Notes under the pieces: model-generated
What the model was told of the DNA's origin: nothing
Databases searched by the model: none
What the model saw: only the letters and a program-made list of their open reading frames with translations
Assembly (NCBI GenBank): GCA_963806225.1
Contig: CAWDXG010000004.1
Coordinates: 2,624,001-2,688,000 of the forward strand
Source of the DNA: an uncultured delta proteobacterium
GTDB taxonomy: Bacteria > Myxococcota_A > Polyangia > Polyangiales > Polyangiaceae
DNA: 64,000 nucleotides
Direction of reading: 5' to 3'
Part shown: piece after piece, positions 59,155 to 64,000 of the stretch
Numbering within the stretch: the first letter of the stretch is position 1
How the letters are laid out: each line of letters begins with the position of its first letter
Made by a program: the position numbers and the translations under genes

Positions 59155-60668
59155 CCCGGGTCGGGTACCACATGCGGCGCGCCCGGGCAGCAGCCGTCCC
59201 TGCCCTGCGCGATGCGCTCGAACTGCTCCGCGCTCGGCTCCGCGCAGCAGAACCAGGACTCGGTGAGTCGCGGCACGAAGACCAGCCCGGGCGCCGGTGG
59301 CAGGGGCCTGGGCTCGCGCCCCACCGCGGCATACGCGAGCGTGCGGATGGCCGCGAGGGTTTCCCGGTTGTCCGCGCCGCGCGCTGCGCCTTTCTCGACC
59401 GCGCGACTCACCTCGCGCTGCAACGCATCCATGCGCGGGTCGGGATGGGTCCAGCGGTAGCCCAGGGCCTCGGCGTCGAAACCGTCGACCCATGCGGGCA
59501 GTTCCGCCGCGACCTTTTCGCCGCTCCCGGCCGGAAGCCGCCCCCGGTCGCGCGGCCAGAGCAGAGCCGAGCCCGGAGGTACGAGCAGACGGATCGACAG
59601 CTGGATGGGGTCGACCTGCTCGGTGAGCTGTTCGTGGAACACGAAATCGACGAGCTCCACGTAGTCGTCGAGCGTGGCCCACGGCGAGAAGGGCACCAGC
59701 GACGGCCTGAGCGGGATGCCCGCCTCGCGCGTGATGCCGAGCGCCTCGACGACGTCGGCGCGGGTGTGGCCCTTGTCGAGCTCGGTGAGCACGCGGTCGG
59801 CCAGCGATTCGACGGCCGAAACGACAAACGCGCAGCCGAGCTCGCCGAGCTCCTTGAACAGCTCGCGGTGCCGCAGCACGTGCTCGATCTTGACGGTGAC
59901 GTCGAAGCTCACACCGGGATGGGCGGCGTGCAGGCGACGCACCACGTTCATGGTGTGACCTGGGCCGTTGAGGAAGTCCGGATCGCCGAAGGTGATGTGC
60001 TGCGCGCCAGCCGCGACCTGCTGATCGATGTCGGAGAGCACGACCTCCGCTGGCACCACGAAGAAACGGCCGTCGTAGACCGGCACGACCGGGCAGTGAC
60101 GGCAGCGGTAGCGGCAGCCGCGTGTCGCTTCCGTGTAGCCCACGATGCGCTCCTCGCCAGGTCGCGGGCCGACCAGGCGCGCGTAGCGGGCGAGCGGCGG
60201 CAGCCCGCGCCTGACCGGCAACTGGAAGGTAGTCCTTTCCAGGCGGGGCGGCGCGATCGCCCCGCGCGTGGACAGGCCGCCGATGCCTTCCAGCGCTTCG
60301 CCGCGCGCCAGGCGACCCGCGAGCTCGACCAGCGCCGGCTCGATTTCACCGCCGAGGATCGAGTCGACCGCGCTCTCGAGCAGATGGGCAGCGTTCATCC
60401 AGGCGTACAGCCCGAACATGCAGACGTGGGCTTGCGGCGCCATCGCCCTGAGCTCGGCCGCAAGGCGGACTCCGAGCCGGAGCGCCGTGTGCATGGGCAC
60501 CGAGATCGCGACGAGGTCAGCGCCCTGCAAAAGCCCGGGATCCGGCGCGCCGAGCGACGCATCCAGCGCAACCACGGACGCGCCCGCCGCCTCCAGCGCG
60601 CCCCATGCCGAAGCGAGCGCGAACGGCTGGTGTCCGAGCTCGTAGCAGGAGACCAGCAGGACTTTCAT
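59151..60668 (-). CDS. CCAEP-tail B12-binding radical SAM protein (CUAEP/CCAEP family, Cys variant)
   Basis: LVSCYELGHQP, SVPMHTA, EATRGCRYRCRHCPV (CxxxCxxC), HITFGDPDFLNGP, PRLTESWFCCAEP. Confidence 0.9.
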   Translation of the reverse strand: MKVLLVSCYELGHQPFALASAWGALEAAGASVVALDASLGAPDPGLLQGADLVAISVPMHTALRLGVRLAAELRAMAPQAHVCMFGLYAWMNAAHLLESAVDSILGGEIEPALVELAGRLARGEALEGIGGLSTRGAIAPPRLERTTFQLPVRRGLPPLARYARLVGPRPGEERIVGYTEATRGCRYRCRHCPVVPVYDGRFFVVPAEVVLSDIDQQVAAGAQHITFGDPDFLNGPGHTMNVVRRLHAAHPGVSFDVTVKIEHVLRHRELFKELGELGCAFVVSAVESLADRVLTELDKGHTRADVVEALGITREAGIPLRPSLVPFSPWATLDDYVELVDFVFHEQLTEQVDPIQLSIRLLVPPGSALLWPRDRGRLPAGSGEKVAAELPAWVDGFDAEALGYRWTHPDPRMDALQREVSRAVEKGAARGADNRETLAAIRTLAYAAVGREPRPLPPAPGLVFVPRLTESWFCCAEPSAEQFERIAQGRDGCCPGAPHVVPDPG

Positions 60669-60687
60669 GCGGCGTACAGCCGGCACT

Positions 60688-60963
60688 CTACTTGGTGGGC
60701 CGCGGCACGAAGTCGGGTGGCAACTGCGAGCCCTCGCCGTAGAAGAAGTTCTCGAGCTCGGTCATCCACACCTTCTGGCCCTGCTCGCTGGTGAGATCGA
60801 GCCGGTATTCGTTGATGAGCATTTTCGAGTGCTCGAGCCACATCCGCCACGCTTCCTTCGACACTGTCTCGAAGACCCGCTCGCCGAGCTCGCCCTTGAA
60901 CGGCGGCTTGTCCAGCCCCTCGGCCTCCTTGCCGAACTTCACGCACTGCACCATTCGCGCCAT
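60688..60963 (-). CDS. yggX: Oxidative damage protection / Fe(II)-trafficking protein
   Basis: RMVQCVKFGKEAEGL..PF.GELGER...VSKEAW..W..H..MLINE.RL. Confidence 0.92.
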   Translation of the reverse strand: MARMVQCVKFGKEAEGLDKPPFKGELGERVFETVSKEAWRMWLEHSKMLINEYRLDLTSEQGQKVWMTELENFFYGEGSQLPPDFVPRPTK

Positions 60964-61088
60964 GGACGTAGGTTCTGGTCGCTCCGGCCGGCCCCGTCAA
61001 CCGAGACAGCAGGCGCTGCACCCGGCCGCAGGGCCCGCCGGGGACGATTCCCTCCAGCCGCCTTCCTTCCTATATTGCAAGCGTCCAG

Positions 61089-61997
61089 ATGCCCCTTTCC
61101 GACACGCCACAGCGTGAGGGGACCGTCTTCCGCTTCGAGGATCTCCCCGACGACCTGCCGCGGCCCCCGCTGGCCGCTCTGCGCTTCTTCCGCCGCGCGG
61201 GAGTCAAGCTCGCGCTCAAGACCTGGCTCAAGCTTCCCGTTGACGTGCGCTGGGCGATGGCGGCGGAAGGCGCGCGCGATCAGGTCGAGGATTCGGTGGC
61301 CCGCGCGCTGCTCCGACACGTCTCGCTGCGCGAGCTCGAGCTGATCGGGGAACCGCGCTACAGCGAGAGCAGCCCAGTAGCGGGGCTGATCGAATCGCTC
61401 GGGCTCGGCGAACGCTGGCGCGACAAGGGCTGGCCGGCGCTCCGCGCGTTCGAGCGCTTCGTGCTCAACCACCTGTCGAACAACCCCCGGCTGCTCTGGC
61501 GCGCCTTCGAGGAGATCAGCGGGCTCGCTGCCAGCCCATCCAGCGAGTGGACCGGCCTGGTAGCGCACGCCGAGGTGCAGATACGAGCGCCGAAAGAGGT
61601 GCGAGGGGATCTGATGCGCCTGCTCGCCGGCGAACAGCTGCTCGAAGGCCGCGCGCTGATCCTGGCGCGGACATCGGGACGGCGTGCGGCGCGTGCGGCC
61701 GGTGACATCTTCGACCTGTACTCGGAGCTGACGCCAGGAACCGTCGAACTCGACTGGTGCGTGCGTGAGCCGCGGGCCACCGTGCTCTGGCAGGCGCACG
61801 TGAGCACCCACGTGGGCGAGTTCTTCCCCGCGGCCTCGCTGCTTGCCGCCACGACCGCCGCCGTGTGCCTCTACGACATGATCAAGGAGTTCGATCCGGA
61901 CGCGCGCGTGCAGCAAGCCGGGCTGGTGGAAGAAGCGTGGGAGGTCGGCAAGTTCGCCTGGGACGAGGCCACGCGCCTGTACCAGGCCCCGCGCTGA
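61089..61997 (+). CDS. Nitrate-reductase-associated (NarM-like) domain fused to degenerate MoaC-like domain
   Basis: N-terminal FRFE..L...P...R..GVKL.L..W...W..L..FERFVL..LS; C-terminal AR..G..AA...AA...YDMIK..D. Confidence 0.7.
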   Translation: MPLSDTPQREGTVFRFEDLPDDLPRPPLAALRFFRRAGVKLALKTWLKLPVDVRWAMAAEGARDQVEDSVARALLRHVSLRELELIGEPRYSESSPVAGLIESLGLGERWRDKGWPALRAFERFVLNHLSNNPRLLWRAFEEISGLAASPSSEWTGLVAHAEVQIRAPKEVRGDLMRLLAGEQLLEGRALILARTSGRRAARAAGDIFDLYSELTPGTVELDWCVREPRATVLWQAHVSTHVGEFFPAASLLAATTAAVCLYDMIKEFDPDARVQQAGLVEEAWEVGKFAWDEATRLYQAPR

Positions 61998-62024
61998 ACC
62001 CCGCGACCGCGCGCGGCGCGACAG

Positions 62025-62168
62025 TCAGTAGATCGAGCCGAGGAAGGTGCAGCTCTTCGGATGTCGTGCGACGCGCAGCAGGCACCGGACATAGGCGCGC
62101 ACGCCGAAATTCCGCACGATCACCAGGCCGTGGGTGAACAGGTGCCGGGTCTCGATCGTGCCGTTCAT
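62025..62168 (-). CDS. Small hypothetical protein (47 aa)
   Basis: MNGTIETRHLFTHGLVIVRNFGVRAYVRCLLRVARHPKSCTFLGSIY, with GAGG upstream. Confidence 0.6.
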   Translation of the reverse strand: MNGTIETRHLFTHGLVIVRNFGVRAYVRCLLRVARHPKSCTFLGSIY

Positions 62169-62300
62169 TTCAGCCTCGACTAGCTGTCTTCCGTCGTAGC
62201 TCCACGCAACTGGCCCGGCCAACAAATCGTATCCGGAGCCGCGTTCTACCCGCACATCGGTCCTCGTCAACCCCGGTTTCCTGGAAACGCAGGCCAGACA

Positions 62301-62329
62301 CCGATGTTCCAGCAAGGCCGGAACATCGG
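62301..62329. promoter_or_regulatory. Perfect 10-bp inverted repeat (operator or terminator hairpin)
   Basis: CCGATGTTCC-AGCAAGGCC-GGAACATCGG in an intergenic region. Confidence 0.5.
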
Positions 62330-62402
62330 CGCAGCGTTGCGGCACGGCCTTGTCACGCCGCGCGGCCCGGAGCCGGCCAGCGGCGGAAAGCCGGGCGACG
62401 GA

Positions 62403-62654
62403 TCAGCGGAAGGACGGCTGGTCCGGCGTCTTCTTGTCGTCCTTCTTCTTCGTGTCCTTCTTGTCCCCGCCACACAGCGCGGACGGATTCTGCTGCTTCT
62501 TCTCGTCCTTCTTCTTCTTCGCGTCCTTGCCACCGCCGCACAGCGCCTGGGCGGAGGAGCCGGACGCGGCAGAGGCGATGGCCGGCGCGCCGAGCAGCAG
62601 CCCTGCAGCCGTGAGAGCACAGATCACACTTCGAACCCCGAGAGCCTTGGTCAT
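62403..62654 (-). CDS. Small secreted Lys/Asp-rich peptide with two ALCGG repeats (83 aa)
   Basis: Signal peptide ending ASA, then ALCGGGKDAKKKKDEKKQQNPS-ALCGGDKKDTKKKDDKKTPDQPSFR. Confidence 0.75.
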   Translation of the reverse strand: MTKALGVRSVICALTAAGLLLGAPAIASAASGSSAQALCGGGKDAKKKKDEKKQQNPSALCGGDKKDTKKKDDKKTPDQPSFR

Positions 62655-62857
62655 GCCGTAGGCTTGGCGCCCGGCTTGATCGGTGTCAAGCGGCAGCGGC
62701 GCGGCAGCACCAGGCGCACGACGCAGTGCGGCAGCGCGGCGCGCGCCGGATCGTCGCTGAGGCGCGAGCTGGCTTCGTGATAACAAGAGCGTCGGCGGAT
62801 CCGGATTCCAGAACCGCGCAATGCTTGCGCAACCGGCAACCGCTGCGGGAGACACCA

Positions 62858-64000
62858 GTGAGAATCGTCTGCATCGGCGGCGGCCCCGCCGGCCTCTACT
62901 TCGGCATCCTGATGAAGAAGGCCGACCCGGACAACGAGGTCATCGTGCTCGAGCGCAATCGCGACGACGACACCTTCGGTTTCGGCGTCGTGTTCTCGGA
63001 CGCCACGCTCGACAACCTCGCTGCGGCCGACGCCGAGACCTACCAGGCCATCACCGAGAGCTTCGCGCACTGGGACGACATCGACATCCACTTCAAGGGG
63101 CAGGTGCTCACCTCGACCGGGCACGGCTTCAGCGGCATGAGCCGCAAGGAGCTGCTCCGGATCCTGCAGCGGCGCGCGGCCCAGCTCGGCGTCGACGTGC
63201 GCTTCGAGACCGACGTGGACGACGTCACGCCGTGGCTCGACGCGGATCTGGTGATCGCCGCCGACGGCGTGAACAGCGGCATCCGCGAGCGCTACGCCGA
63301 ACACTTCGAGCCGGACCTGGACTGGCGGCCGAACCGCTTCGTGTGGCTCGGGACCACCTTTCCCTTCGGGGCCTTCACCTTCTACTTCCGGGAAAACGAG
63401 CATGGCCTGTTCCGGGTGCACGCGTACCGCTACGCCGAGGACAGCTCGACGTTCATCGTCGAGTGCACCGAGGACAGCTGGAAGAAGGCCGGCCTCGACC
63501 AGGCCAGCGAGGACGAGACGGTCGCCTACTGCGAGAAGCTCTTCAAAGAGGAACTTGCGGGCCACCGCCTGCTGAAGAACAGGAGCGTGTGGCGCAGCTT
63601 CCCCACCGTGAACAACCGCCATTGGCACCACAAGAACATCGTGCTGCTCGGCGATGCGGTACACACGGCGCACTTCTCCATCGGCTCGGGCACCAAGCTG
63701 GCCATGGAAGATGCGATCTCGCTCCGCGACGCGCTGGCCACCCACGACAGCGTGGAGGCCGCCCTCGACGCCTACGAAGCCGAACGCCGCCCGCTGGTAG
63801 AGAGCATCCAGCGCGCCGCCCAGGTCAGCCTGGAGTGGTTCGAGAACACCGAGCGCTACATGGAGCTCGAGCCGATCCAGTTCGCCTTCAGTCTGCTGAC
63901 GCGCAGCATGCGGGTCACGCACGAGAACCTCGAGGTCCGCGACCCGGCGTTCGTCGGGCGCGTGAACGAATGGGTCGCGAACAAGGCCAAGGAGCAGACG
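62858..64000 (+). CDS. Bifunctional salicylyl-CoA 5-hydroxylase / anthraniloyl-CoA monooxygenase-like flavoprotein (5' part)
   Basis: Read manually from GTG 62858: RIVCIGGGPAGLYF..ERN..DTFGFGVVFSD..ADGVNS..LGDAVHTAHFSIGSGTKLAMED; runs off the window. Confidence 0.9.
   Translation, partial: MRIVCIGGGPAGLYFGILMKKADPDNEVIVLERNRDDDTFGFGVVFSDATLDNLAAADAETYQAITESFAHWDDIDIHFKGQVLTSTGHGFSGMSRKELLRILQRRAAQLGVDVRFETDVDDVTPWLDADLVIAADGVNSGIRERYAEHFEPDLDWRPNRFVWLGTTFPFGAFTFYFRENEHGLFRVHAYRYAEDSSTFIVECTEDSWKKAGLDQASEDETVAYCEKLFKEELAGHRLLKNRSVWRSFPTVNNRHWHHKNIVLLGDAVHTAHFSIGSGTKLAMEDAISLRDALATHDSVEAALDAYEAERRPLVESIQRAAQVSLEWFENTERYMELEPIQFAFSLLTRSMRVTHENLEVRDPAFVGRVNEWVANKAKEQT

Noticed and set aside
59151..60668. 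Selenoprotein (CUAEP) with UGA recoding
   Set aside because: Both codons are TGC; the frame is open through the tail.

Overview
GC-rich (about 70% by eye), gene-dense chromosomal segment, most likely from a myxobacterium (Myxococcota, Polyangiales/Sorangiineae-like). Supporting signs are a MYXO-CTERM sorting tail, an AgmX/PglI C-terminal domain, a DUF4388 domain, three Hanks-type kinase domains in two genes and many Cys-rich lipoproteins. About 60 protein genes can be supported. I found no rRNA, tRNA, CRISPR array, transposase or integrase. Four genes are broken only by apparent single-base insertions, most likely long-read consensus errors. Two candidates for undescribed systems stand out. 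(1) At 37.5-39.3 kb, a small Cys-rich peptide gene sits 6 nt upstream of a three-domain enzyme: a RiPP-recognition-element-like domain, a LanD/EpiD-type flavoprotein decarboxylase lacking the CoaC clamp Cys, and a SAM methyltransferase. No lanthipeptide or YcaO machinery is present. (2) At 53.9-61.0 kb, a CCAEP-tail B12/radical-SAM gene lies with an ATP-grasp ligase, an Fmt-like formyltransferase, an MFS exporter, TerB and YggX, suggesting a small-molecule or metalloid pathway. Unusual fusions also occur: membrane-anchored ADP-ribosylglycohydrolase + macrodomain; cytochrome c + PHM-type copper monooxygenase near an octaheme cytochrome; NarM-like + degenerate MoaC; a MshEN-like/HD-GYP/REC/DUF4388 protein degenerate in its signalling domains; a tandem dual kinase; and an apparently circularly permuted P-domain. 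All domain calls are by motif recognition, not database search.
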